DNA of 64,000 nucleotides. Source: Chara braunii. Lineage: Eukaryota; Plantae; Charophyceae. The stretch spans positions 4,869,759 to 4,933,758 of the forward strand of contig BFEA01000013.1 in the NCBI GenBank assembly GCA_003427395.1. The letters are read 5' to 3'. The notes beneath the pieces were generated by a model that saw only the letters and a list, made by a program, of their open reading frames with translations, had not been told where the DNA came from and ran no database searches. The position numbers and the translations under genes were made by a program. This document shows positions 40,601 through 53,622 of the stretch, piece by piece; within the stretch, counting starts at the first letter, position 1; every line of letters begins with the position of its first letter.

Positions 40601-40904
40601 ACCGCCCCTTTGGAATTGGCAACAACGTCGTTCTTCGAACTGTAAACAGTGTGCAACTTATAATATTGCGTGTTTTCCTTTTTTGCAGGGTGCCATCCGG
40701 CAACCAACCCAAACACTCTTTACGCCTTTTTTTGTCTTCGAGGAATATAAGAGGGTCGCACAGAGGTTTGGTCGGCTCGGACTCATCCCCGCAACACCAA
40801 TCGACGAACCATTTGGTATGCACATGATAGGACCACGATTTGGAGGTTTGTGATTCCCTCACCGATGTTCCGGTCGGCTGCTCCTCGCCCCTTGATGTGG
40901 ACAT
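37695..40904 (-). pseudogene. Large cargo gene: ParB/Srx-like domain (~39500-39930) fused to a degenerate beta-class N4/N6 DNA-methyltransferase-like domain (~38560-39230)
   Basis: ParB-like: YNQRSLDPVHTQLIIEAM...LPTL...YYVVSGQHKAAAAR...WPARMV. MTase-like: CFLDLCEP...VVAFIP...EHIYVLFKG...EQNPTELAHLLKFVCKKGEGVMFLGK...GRHVVALEGN. Frameshifts and stops present; probably continues as low-complexity sequence to ~36245. Confidence 0.55.
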
Positions 40905-41099
40905 CGTGTCTGCACCGGTCCAAGAGACCGAAACGATCCAACACACGGAAGACATACATAACCCACCCCACCAGAGAACTATGGTTTCCAGAGGACCACA
41001 TATTACGCACCACCAAAAGAACATCAAACTCGTCGAATGCACATAGGGTTTCAAGATTGTTCAAGTTCGAATACGCATAGGTATTCACATGCGTTTTCA

Positions 41100-42225
41100 C
41101 GCTCTGTGCGAAGTTCGGATACCGGCGGACTTAATGAATTACTGGCGGACTTGACGAATTCGCTGGACACTCTCGCAGACTGATAACGACGTGCAATGTT
41201 ACGGAGCGTGAGTCGGTTCGCTGACTGCTAGAGTCTGTCGTTCACACGCTCAGACCCAACAAGAAGGCACACCAAACTCGCTTCAGTAACGTTTGAACAT
41301 GACGGTAGACTGCACGAACAGTTGACAAGTTCGTCGGCATCCTCACTTGTTCACATCCTCTTCATGCTTTGTGCGAAGTTCGGATACCGGGGAACTTGAC
41401 GAATTCGTCGGACAATCACGCAGACTGACAACGACGTGCGGTGTAACGGAGTGTAAGCCAGTTTGTCGACTGCTAGATTCTGTCGTTCACACCCCCCATA
41501 CCCAACAAGAAGGCACACCGAAGTTGCCCCAGTAGTGTATAAGCATGATGAAAGACTGCACGAACAGTCAACAAGTTCGTCGATATCTGAACTTCTTCAC
41601 ATCCGTCTTCACGTTTCATGCGAAGTTCGGATACTGGTGAACTTGAGGAATTCGTCGGGCAATCACGCAAACTGATAACGGCGTGCGATGTCACGGAGTA
41701 TGAGCCGGTTTGTCGACTGCTAGACTCTGTCGTTCACACGCCCAGACCCAACAAGAAGGCCCACCAAACTCGCCCCAGTTGTGTTTGAGCATCGCGAACG
41801 ACTGCCCGAACAACTGATAACCTACGGGAACTGGAGGGGAATTTTGTTTGTGGAGTGCGAGACTCGGCTCAAAACAGATCCAGATCCAACAAGAAGGTCC
41901 ACCAAACTCGCCCCAGTTGCGTTTGATCATCACGAAAGACTGCCCGAACAACTGATAACCTGCGGGAACTGGAGGGAAATTATGTTTATGGAATGCGAAA
42001 CTCTGCTCAAAACAGATCCAGATCGAACAAGAAGGCCCACCAAACTCGCCCCAGTTGCGTTTGAGCATCACGAACGACTACCCGAACAACTGATAACGTG
42101 TGGGAACTGGAGGAGAATTCTGTTTATGGAGTGTGAAACTCTGCTCCAGATCAAACAAGAAGGCCCACCAAACTTGCCGCAGTTGCGTTTGAGCATCACG
42201 AAAGACTGCACGAACAACTGATCAC
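41100..42225 (+). repeat. Tandem repeats (~250-bp units, then ~138-bp units) upstream of the cargo gene
   Basis: Recurrent CCAACAAGAAGGCCCACCAAACTCGCCCCAGTTGCGTTTGAGCATCACG at ~41255, 41500, 41747, 41888, 42026 and 42154. Confidence 0.85.
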
Positions 42226-42529
42226 CAAGGTCCCTTAAGAGTGCTTTTGGCAATCCGCAAAGACAACCACCGACTGTCTGGCACTTGTTGTAGGTGGTCG
42301 GGCGACAAACACATCAGGATTGAAGCTATTCGGCACCCCGACGTCTACTCCATTGGTGAGACAAGAATTTGTGAAGTCCGGATTCCGGCGGACTTAGATT
42401 GTGGGCATGTAGAACAGGAATCACAGGGTGGCGCTGTTCGAAGCTGGCACCGCTCCGGCAACGGAACTGAAGTTGAAGTCCGCCGTCGTCAGAGTACACC
42501 GGCCAAGCAGTACACCGCCGTGGCCCGAC

Positions 42530-43870
42530 TTCACATATTCACCAACAGTGGCAACGAAAGAAGTTCGGATGCCGACGGACTTGGCGGTATTCCTGGTAAC
42601 TCGTCAGGAGTTATCCGTTTTCACCAGTACGTGAAGTTCGGATGCCGACGAGCTTCGTGTTTCCACACAACCTCCGCTGCAACTAGGGTCTTCCTGGTCC
42701 AGCATGGGAGCGGGGGACAAAAGAAGCTCGCCGACATCCAAACTTCACGTTTTGTCTGCGGGGGCTGACTGAAGAAGTCCGCCCGCATCCGAGATTCAAT
42801 GCATGGCCTCCTCTGCATTCGAACTTCATGTTCCAGGTGCGAGGGCTGACTGAAGAAGTCCGCCCGCATCTGAAGTTCAATGATTGGGCTACTATGCTGC
42901 TCTACAGTTATCATTCGCCAGTATCCTGACTTGAATCGTTGTCTAAACATTGCAACTGGAGAGGCAAGGGTGAAGGCTAACTCGACGAAGTGGATGGTTG
43001 TGGAACTGATGTTTTTTCGCATTACAGCCTCACGTATTGTTGCTCTGCGGCTATTGTGGAAGTCTGTGGGCATCCAGACTATTAGAATGAACCCTTGCCT
43101 CTCCAGTTGCAATGTTTAAACACGATTCAAGTTCGGATACCGGTGAACTAGAACTGTTTAGCAGCTGAGTACGCCAATCATTGAAGTTTGGATGCGGGCG
43201 GACTTCTTCAGTCAGCCCCCGCAGCCGGAACGCGAAGTTAGGATGCAGAGTAGGCCAAGCATTGAAGTTCGGATGTGGGCGGACTTCTTCAGTCAGCCCC
43301 CGCAGACAAAACGTGAAGTTCCGATGTCGGTGAGCTTCTTTTGTCCTCCGCTCCCATGCTGGACCAGGAAGACCCTAGTTGCAGCGGAGGTTGTGTGGAA
43401 ACACGAAGTTCGCCGACATCCGAACTTTTTCCGTTGCCAATGGTGGTGAATATGACATTGTGAAGTTCGGATGCCAACAATTCAGAACTACAACTTTTTA
43501 GCAGCAGAGTAGGCCAATCCTTGAAGTTCGGATGCGGGCGGACTTCTTCAGTCAGCCTCTGCAGCCGGAACGCGAAGTTTGGATGCAGAGTAGGCTAGTC
43601 ATTGAAGTTCGGATGCGGGCGAACTTCTTCAGTCAGCCCGCACAGATAAAACGTGAAGTTTGGATGCCGACGAACTTCTTTTGTCCTCCCCTTCTGTGCT
43701 GGACCAGGAAGCCCCTAGTTGGTTGTGAGGAAACACGGAGCTCGCTGGCATCCGAATTTCAAATACTGGTGAGCAAGGATAACTGTTGACGAGCTGCCAG
43801 GAATACCGCCAAGTCCGCCGGCATCCGAACTTCTTCCGTCGCCAATGGTGCTGAATATGTGAAGTTCGGA
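42530..43870. repeat. Large inverted repeat with a duplicated right arm
   Basis: 42530-42971 pairs with 43091-43470 and again with ~43480-43870; loop ~120 bp. Confidence 0.85.
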
Positions 43871-44577
43871 TGTTGACGAACTTCGTGCATTCACGCATAG
43901 TCTGCAGTGACTACAGGCTTTTGTGCTTGCGATTGGACCCCGCACGGCTGTTGCGATATTTTAAGTTCGGATCCCGGCGAACTACAACAGCGCTTGGATG
44001 GGGTGTTCAATATGCGTCCTTTCTGAGTCGGCTTAAGCACTCGCTGCACTGCAAAAGCGGCTGGATGGATTCCGATGTGGTTCGATGATGAACAAGGTTC
44101 GATAATGTCCGATGGCCGATGCTGGACAAGATCCGATGGAGTCTGATAGATTTTCGCTTCACATAAGCGCTCGAACAAAAAGCCACACACGATCTCTCAT
44201 TCAGTCAGTCAATGAACACATCGATCACTGACCGACAATCAAACAGTACATCAAGCAAGAGATCGACCACGCTCTGTTGATCAGTGGACTAGTTGATTGG
44301 ACGGACGGTCGTGTTTTGATCGATCACTTGTTTTCGTAGTTGAGGATCGTGGGGTGCGACAATAGCGAGGCGTGTTTATGCACACACACAAAAAGATACA
44401 CGATGGTATGGTCCGCGTTTGATATTGGTTGTTCACTTGTTTGAGCGCCCGGTTCAAGCTATCGATTGGTCGACTAACTTATTGGTTGAACGATCTATTG
44501 ATCAAACCGACTACGGATGATGATGTGTTGATCGAGCGGTTTGTTCTGTCAAACTGGTACGAACACCGGTTGAATAT

Positions 44578-44835
44578 GACAAGCAAGCGATCAAACAAAC
44601 ATCGCACCCTCAGAGTGATCAATCGGTCGATTAACGAACAGATCGTTCCGGATAATTAACTTGCTCGACGAGTTCATGCCCGTTCATTTGCGCATATCAA
44701 ACACGCGCGTGTTTGATCTGCAAAAATGAATGGGCATCAACTCGTGGAGCAAGCTAATTATCATGAACGATTTGTTCGTCAATCAACTGATTGATTACTC
44801 GGAGGGTGCGATGTTTGATCGATCGCTTGCTTGTC
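44578..44835. repeat. Loop-less palindrome with ~129-bp arms, centred on ACACGC|GCGTGT (44706/44707)
   Basis: GACAAGCAAGCGATC...ATCAAACACGCGCGTGTTTGAT...GATCGCTTGCTTGTC. Confidence 0.9.
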
Positions 44836-47800
44836 GTAATCAGTTGTTCATCTTTATGGAGCATATCGACTAATCGGACATTCGCTTACATAATACTCAC
44901 ATGCGCACGCTCACTTTGGCACGCGCGCACAGACCCATATACACACACCCGCACACACTTTTTTTTTTTATCTGAGAGGTTTGTCGACTGTTCGCTTCGT
45001 GGATTCGACGAGCGCTGTTGATCGTACCGACTCCACCACCGCAAACACATGCATGCAACAACGTCGGCGCGATCACATATTGTATCTCAAAACATAAACT
45101 CGCCCAGTCGATCGGCTCTTTCGTTCCTTTAGACCTCCGGATCTTTGTTCTTTTGATGGCAAGGTGGCTCATCCAATCAACCGGCCGACCAATAGACAAA
45201 TAAATAAACGATCTGTTGATTGCTGGAATGGTTGATTGGATCATTCATTCTTTGGTTGGGCGCCAGTAGATACGATGTGTCAATGGGGCCGATTGGAGGA
45301 ACCGCCTTGTTGTGAGCGAGTGAGGTTCAAGAATTTCTCCACACAGTCGCATTGACACATCCACATATGCTCGCACGAGTGCACACGTGAAAGCACACAA
45401 TACAAAAAAAAAAAAAAAAAAACATACCAAAAACGCAAGTCGCCACACACACACACACGTCCGAATGCAGGAAACCACAACAGGCACGGACAAATGCATA
45501 AGGTCACTCGAACGTGCACAATCATACATACAAACACACACGACATCACTCTCACACAACCACGGGTGTTTACACACGTAAACGAAACGCGTTGGGAACA
45601 GGAAGGTCGCGTTCCATGAGTCCCCTTTTCGATCGACACTCACCACGATGAAGGTGTCGTCTAGAGAACGGATTGTGCGCACCTAAAGTAAAGCCGTGGA
45701 AATCACTATGGAAGTGGCGCAACTTGCGTGGTGTGGCGGCAAATGAATTGAGTTGAACGAGCAGCGCGCATGCGAAGCAAGCCCATCAGCAGGTCGCTGC
45801 TTGGCGTGAAAGACGACGCTGAATACCAGAGAACGCGATAAGAAAGGTGTTTTGCGATGCAAGTGCGTGTAGTTTCGCGGTGGTTGGATGACATGGCGCA
45901 GCGCTGAAGATTGTGATGACGTCAATCACCGCGTTTCTCAGAGAGAGAGAGAGTGCAGGTGGTCGGTCCGACAACATCTCCCCACCGAAATGTGATGCTG
46001 CGAAATGAGCATTGGGGGGGCGAGATTTGTTTCATAGACTCGCACGGCTTGGGTACACAAAGGGCTTTCCGCGTGGAAAGGAAGGCCTTTTTCGAAATCG
46101 AAATTGGGGGCCCGGATGGGGGGCGGGAACATGTGACCCATTGGACCCAAACGAAAAAGCGCTGGAGTCCAGGAACCGTTGGATTTGCCCAATCGACGAC
46201 CAGGGTCCTTCTGCGCATAGGGCCTACATACAACACGACGCGTTATGAGGGTCGTTGCTGACAATCGTTGGCGGGCCTTTCCGGGCGCTACCGGCCCTGC
46301 CAAGCGACTGAAAGGTGGGAGGGGGGGCTTTTCGCTGACGGCAGGAGGACCATTGCACTGGACGGCAAACGAAATGGAAGGCCATCCCTGGTCAAGCCGT
46401 CCGATTTGCGTATCGCAAGGTCATTTCTCGCCAGGGCACAGGGCCTGCGGGGTGAACGTCACACTGGATAGCGACCCGGAGGCTACCAGGAGGATGAACG
46501 TCACACAAGGGAGCAACCCGGAGGCTGCAGCAGGAAGTTTTCCACACAACTGCCCCCCCCAGTTCACCCCCCCCTTCCCTGAATTACATCGTGCTCGACG
46601 ATAGCTCCGCTACGCTGCGCCATTGTCGTCGTTCGTCCCAAGCTGCGCCGCGCCGTCGTCGTCCTCGGTGATCGACCTCCTAGGTACGTCAGAGTTGCGC
46701 TCGAAGACACCATGGCGTCCGAAGACCGTCGCGCGTATCACAAATTTTGCGTGAGACTTCTTCCGCGTCATGACAGTCTCGCAATGTTGTGTGTCGTCGC
46801 CAATCTGAATTTCGAGTCTCCCTCTCCATCCTCTCATGTCTCCATTTTCTCACCGCCCCCATGATTTGTTCTTTAGTAATGTCCATTACACGTACTGTTG
46901 CTCCTTGTATGTTCGCTCCTCTACTTATATCTCTTTAGTAATGTCCATTGCACGCACTCTTGCTCCTTGTATGTGGTGAAACCAATCGCGGGTCCCCACG
47001 TGGCGGAAGAAAAAGGCCACGAGTACTGTGTGCCACGAGCGGGCGACCTGAGCCATCGCTACCCACCGTGCACTCTTTTTTAACGAGCAAATCTGCTTGC
47101 AACGGGAGGCTAGGACTACATGCTGATGACCAATCCCATGGCGGCATGATCGCGCGAGCATGAACGTAGAAAAGTCTTTTATGCGTTCGTGCTAGCGCGT
47201 TCATGCCACCATGGAATTGGCCGTCAGCAGGCAATGCTTGCTTATCGTCGTGAGTTGTTTTGTTCGTTAACGAAGAGCGGACGACGGATAGCGATGGTTG
47301 GGGTCGCCTGCTCATTGACAAATTCCTCGGTTCATCTTGACAAAGACTAGTGGTGTGTGTATCACCTGTTGGCGCGCATTTTCGTGATCACGTATCTTCA
47401 TGATCACGTGATCATGACAACACACGGACTATTCGGAAGCAACGATTGTTTGCGAGGAGGGGGCAACTCTGTTCGTTGTCCAGGTGTGACGTCGATGCAA
47501 AACGAGGTTTTCGTCAGCTATAGAAGAGCACGAGGCGGAAAACGATGGCCCAGTTGTATACGCACGCACTCCCGTCGGTGCGAAACGAGGTTTTCGCAGT
47601 GGTCTGCCACGTGGACCGCAGCGCTCTCTTCGTTGTTGGATGAGAACCTCGTTCCTCATCGACGACATTGCTTGATAACGAATACAGCTTCCTCCTTCGC
47701 TCGTCCTCTGCGATCAAGCGTGTGGTCGTGAGTGCGACACGTGTGATTTCTCATGAACAATTGCCCATGAGTGCGACACGTGTGATCAAGAGTGTGACAC

Positions 47801-49699
47801 ATGTGTGATCAAGTGTCCTACAGTCTAGTACAGTGTAGTCGTCATCTCACAATCGCGATAAACGCACAACAGGCACGGTCAAGTGTTTGATCGCGAGTGT
47901 GACACGTGTGCCTTCTCATGAGCAACTGTCCGTGAGGTGATTATCGTGGTCCGTCGGGATCCTATCTTGGACGTGTGCCTTCTCGTGACCACATGAAGTT
48001 TGGATGCCGGCGGACTAGCACGACTGCAAGTCTTTCATGGCTATGGAGTCTTAGGTTGGTGACGCCTTTCTGAGGCGGAGACATCATTGTTGAATTGTGG
48101 TGGTCGAGGTCGTGAACATGAAGTTCGGATCCTGGCGGACTTGTGGTTTGGCAACCGACTAGAAACGAGCGCAGTAGACAAATGGTTCTTAAAGTAGTTG
48201 GGCCGGGATACAGGTTTCCTGCGAGTCCAGTTTCGGACGGTTTGCGGGTTGCAACCTCCCCGCGACACCGCCAACTATGTCATCGTCCTCTGTTCTCTCT
48301 CTACTGTGCGCTGGTGGCACGACTGCTAGCTTTTCGCACAAGCAGTTAGCCTCAATTGCTGAGAACCCTGATTTCATAAAGTTCGAATCAAGGCGGACTT
48401 TAAGTAATTTGTACTGCCAAATCCATCGCCTCAAAAGACCGCAATTCGGCAACATCAAATGTGGTTGTCATTGCCAACAAGGTTTCTGAGGAGCCACAAA
48501 AATTTTCCACTCCGACCCCTATGAGCCTCAGTCACCAACGATTACCCCATGTTTCGCGGAGACGTCGCTTCGCAAAACACCTTCCTGCAACATCAGGGTC
48601 TGACAGTCATTGTTGGTGACTTGCGAAAAATAAGAGAACGGTCGTCCTCGACACCGGTAAAGCCCACCCACCAATCCTGTCCTCCCTCCCGTCTCGACCA
48701 AAGTTCGCAGGAATCCCAACTTCCGCATCCACGGTTGTGGCTTGGCGCCACAGACCCGCTGTTCTCCTAGTCTAGCAGGGGGAGTAGGTGACGAATCTGG
48801 ATCAGGGAGGACCAAAAGCTTGTAGTGGGCGTGCACAATATTTGGACAGACCTGTCCACCATACGTTTCCACCCACTACGGGCCCGCTATGACTCACCAT
48901 GTGTTGGTGAAGGACACATTAAATGGGAACTCCATCCCCTACAAGTTCGGATCCTGGCGAACTTCACGTAAAGACCCCCAGCAAGGGCAGTATCGCGGAC
49001 ATCATTCGACAATGAGCTAGCTCTCCTCGTTAATAACCCTCTCCTCGTTTAAAAACCCCTTCGGGTCCAAGCAAATGTTTTCCTTGCCAACGAACGACAT
49101 CTCCTCATTTGAAAACCCCTCCGGGGTTTTGTGGGGTCTGCTGAGGGCCCCAACAACCATGTTCTTCTTAGTCCCCTGACGTGTGCGCTAGGAGTGGGAA
49201 ACAACGGGAATCCAACTGCCGCCGCGGGGAGAACCGCGGGTTCTTAGGGTTTAGGGGGTGGCTGAATCGGGTTTTGTGGAGGTTGTTGAAGGGGCCTTTA
49301 CCCTTGTTCTTTTCTAATCGTGCACAATTGTTGAATGACCTCCCGACAGTACACTGTTCGGGATCGCGGGACCCCGATCGCTGACAAGTTCGGATCCTGG
49401 CGAACTTCGAGGATCGCGCTTTGTTGTGGCCATTCGCGGAATCCGCCATCGATTTGTCGTGGTTGACGCACGACCGTTGCGAGGACTGCAGAAGTGGGCA
49501 TTGCTAGCACACGTGAGTGCGGGTTTGTGGGGGATGCAAAAGGGTCTTGGAGCTCTGGTCGTTTTTTGTACCGCCGCCTTGTCGCTGGAGTTACAGAATG
49601 GGGGTTTGTGGGGGATGCATAAGGGACATTGCCAGCACACGAGCTCGCCTTGTCGCTAGTGTTCATCAGGGTTTATAGGGGGTCGCTTGAGGGACCTCA

Positions 49700-52600
49700 A
49701 ACCATGATTTTCATTTTTGCAACCAGACATGGACCTGCTGGTGATGGTAAACTTCTCTATGGATGCAATTATTGTCGCCAGAGTCGATGCAAGAAATATT
49801 TAGATGCCCTTCGACATATACAATCAACGCAGTCGACGGATTCCAAACTCTGCCAAGTTCGGACGTCGGCGCACTTCACATGTCGCGATTTGCCAGATCT
49901 TTCGTGTCACCCGACTGCAATTTCGCGCCTTCTTTTTGCGGCATTGGGGATTTGTGTAAGGGGGGGGGGAGGTTGGGGTTAAGGGGGGTGTGGTGACGGG
50001 TGGTGTGGGGTAAAAGACGCATATTCTTGGTATTCATGCTTACAGTTTTCTCGGCTCTTTTGCAGGGTGTGGAGACGAATTCGAATTGCCCGTTCACTCC
50101 GCACCGAACAGTTCGATCGATTTTCCTAACGAGAATCTCGTCCATGACACCGATGGCTACATGACAGCAGAAAGGACGGTTCAACAAACGGCCGCATGAA
50201 CCAGGCTATGGATGCTCAACGGGCCATCGACTTGCATTTTCACCTACAAGAACTGGAGTTGTCCCCAACGAGCTCTTCCGACAGTTCGCCGTTCCAACAA
50301 TCCAATGCCAGGTTTACCAGAAAACGAAGTCTCCCTTTTCGTGAAAGCTTTGGGGATTGCATCCATTTGCTTAGGGGTTTTGCGACACCTTCTGCAAGCG
50401 AAGAGTCGTTTGCCTCCCAAAACGAGTTCCACGTTCCTGGCGAGGTGCACCCCCAACTTCGGCGGACAAATGTTGCGTGTCGATGACTGTTTCTTTCACA
50501 ATCTCTGATGCCGAGAGTGAGAAGTTGGTGGTCACTGGTTACTCGTCTAGACAACAATCCTCTTCCAGTGTGTCGTTACAGCAAGCTAGCTACAGTGGTA
50601 CGAAGTTCGTTGCCACCGACTGTTCTTTGGAGGAACCGTCCACAGCGCGAGCGAGTCCAATGCAAGTGCGATCTCATAATGTGATTCCTGTTGAGAGTCG
50701 GTCTGGGTCGGAAGTGTCTGGCAGGAGCGATAAAGAAAAAATGACAATACTACAATTTTTGCTTGCACCTCTGTCACGGGAGAGAAGACCTTATAGCATG
50801 GCTAATAGGAATGCTAGGAAGGTAGAGAAGTACAAAAGAGCAAAAGACATGCTGTCCGAAAAGAAACTACTTATAGTACGTGGCATGGCATGTTGCAAAG
50901 CTCGTTGTTGTTACAACGTGTCGCCGGAGGAAATCCGAAAGGTTAGACAAGGATTGTACATTAAGAGTCTTGAAGAGCAAGCGGAGTGGTGCATGAGACG
51001 CCTTAAAAAATTCATGTTGAATAAAGGTGGATCGAAACATGTCCGTCCCGTAGAGTTAGAAGTTAGGACGTTAAATGTGCATCAAGACCTACTGCAATGT
51101 TCTCGGTGTCTCTCGTAATACGTTTTATAGCTATAAAAAATGATTGGACAATGGCTTTGTGCGTTGCGAGCATGGGCTAACGGGTAGATAACAACCAAAA
51201 GACAAGACAGTCACCATGCTTGCCCGCATGAAAACATTCATAGACTGTCATGCGGATAGCATGCTGAATGAGGTTGCTCATCAACATAGGGTTTAGAAAC
51301 CGAAACTTCGACTGCCAGCTACTTTTACGAAGCGTTCAATTTATGAGTCCATCAAATCAGGCTTTGTTGCTATCGACCTCGAAGTCGTGTCTGGATCAAA
51401 CTTTTATAAATTGTGGCAGAAACACTTTTATCACGTTTCACTCGCACACTCGGACACATTCACAAAATGTGTCGTCTGTCATGAACTAAACGAACGTATA
51501 CAATACAGTGTTCTTTCTCGAGATTGAGAACGAGCTTAAGAGGAGATGAAAGCTCTCCAAAGACGGCAAGTTGAACACAGACTGGACTATAGTCGAGCGA
51601 AGACTGATTTGATGGTTTGTCCAAACGAGCGTTTGTGTCTCATCATTGATGGCATGGATTAGAAGAAGACGACTATCCCGCATGTTGGTCATACGAACTA
51701 CTCGAAAGCACTTAGGCACGAGATGATGATGAAGACGAATCTGACAGGTGTCATTGCACATGGTACAGACCTTAGTATTGATGTCTACACGTTGTTTCTG
51801 TATTTCTAAACATGATTCGAACACAGTCGCTTCTTGTCTTATGAGAACCCTCATCGAAATTCAAGCGAGGGGGACGCCACTGCTATCGTTTTTGCGCATT
51901 CAAGCAAATAATTGTTAGCGGGAAAACAAGAACAAGTACATATGTGCGCTACCTGCACTCTTGGTTAAGTTCAAAGTTTTCAAAGAGGTAGAAATAGGTT
52001 TCATGATGGTGGGACATACACATATACAGACGTTGACGCTACTTTTAGCGTTTTCTCGAATAAATTAAAAGACGTAGACGTTTATACTATGGATAAGTTC
52101 TAGGAGCTCATAGAGCAATCCTACAAAAAGTCTCTCAAATGTATTTTCCTCGATAGACTAGCGGATTGGATAAGTATAGTAGACTCATGTGTTGCGTCAG
52201 ATATTACTGGTATCTCGAAACCGCATTTGCTTAAATTTTATATGGTTGGAGATAATCTGGACATGCTATAAAAGGAGTTTTGCGATGACCACAACTGGTT
52301 TAGTCTAGTTGTCCGAGGAAGGTCTATCAAAACCCCGATGAAAGCTACGCAGATACTTCCCGACCATTTGACCCGCCTCCTGTGCAACCCCTTCCTCGAA
52401 ATGACTATTATAATGGCAAAAATGGTGTTATTCGATTCCGCAAGTTGTTGGAGAGCAGGCGGTTAACGTGGTGCACTTACAACGACCATGAGGTGAGTAG
52501 GAGATAAAAAACTTTGTGTTATTCGGAGGAGGTTATCAAACATGGCGACAAGATCATCACCAACAGGTTGTCCTGACAACCTTTGGAAAGTTTTTGACCA

Positions 52601-53120
52601 AGACCACGACTGCTCGAAAACGATCGACAACCTTCTTCTGACAGTGCCAACATCGATGACAGGGAACCCCTGTTTATTTGACGAAGAAAAGATCGCTCGA
52701 AGACCAGTTTCGACCCCCTCGTGCATGTTGACATGGACACTTTTCTTATCCTTCGCCCCGCCGATGATGATCTGTCCAGCAACGTGCCTATTTGGGTGGG
52801 CAAAGCTCTCTCTCGTGGTTGAAAAAAATTCACAAAATTAGAATCAAGTGCTAGTGGAATATTGGGTGTCGATTGGGAGAGCAAAGATGCTTCAAGAACA
52901 GTATGATAATGTGTGAGAGAAAAGATGGAAAATAACTGACTAGACACAATGGAAGCATGCTGACTCGATCACTTTTGGCTGTGAGAGACCGGCCAGAGGT
53001 ACAAAACCGTTCACGACTGAACTTCCCATTCCTTCCAATGTTCGACTGAATGCTCAAGCTGCACTTCGAGATCTGAGTCCATCTACTGAAGGGAGTGTCG
53101 ATGCACGGGACAAAAGCGAC
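49700..53120 (+). pseudogene. Sola/DUF7869-like DDE transposase, decayed; probable N-terminal Zn-finger exon
   Basis: GCNYC...ALRH exon and TTTGCAG acceptor at ~50067. CCKARCC; FTKCVVC; LIIDGMD (~51650); LTGVIAHG; DSNTVASCL; IQANNC*RENKNKY (~51900); GFMMVGHT...DVDATFS (~52000). Confidence 0.8.
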
Positions 53121-53622
53121 GAGTGCACATCATATGTCTTGTCCGTCCGCCCAATAGGCGAGGGAGTAGGATTTTTGAAAATGACTATTCGGACGGAAAT
53201 TTTGAAGGGAGCATATTCTCTTTTAACTTAGTGAATTGCGATGATTCTGTGGTACGACAAGGTGACGGATTTTGTTCACGGTCTAGGGTTGATTTTTGTA
53301 TTAACTTAGTGAATTGTGATGATTCTGTGATACCACAAGGTGGCAGATTTTGTCCACGGCTTAGGGTTGATTTTTATAAGATGGTTGGTTAAGCAATTTA
53401 TGAAGTTAAGTTAATCGTGAAGGCGATTTTTTTACTTTTTCAACATTTTATTTTCGTTTGCGTTTGCATGTCACGTCTTGTGTAGGGAGTGCGACCGAAG
53501 TCATGGCCGATTGGCATGATTATTCGTATCCCATTCGCCCTTGCGCATGTGGATTGCGTGGTGCAGGCGACGATATAAAAATTATCGGGCCAATGACAAC
53601 AAAATTCGAAAACGACCCATGA

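Noticed and set aside
41691-43945. Repetitive ORFs in the tandem and inverted repeats
   Set aside because: Open on both strands because of repeat periodicity; no protein motif.
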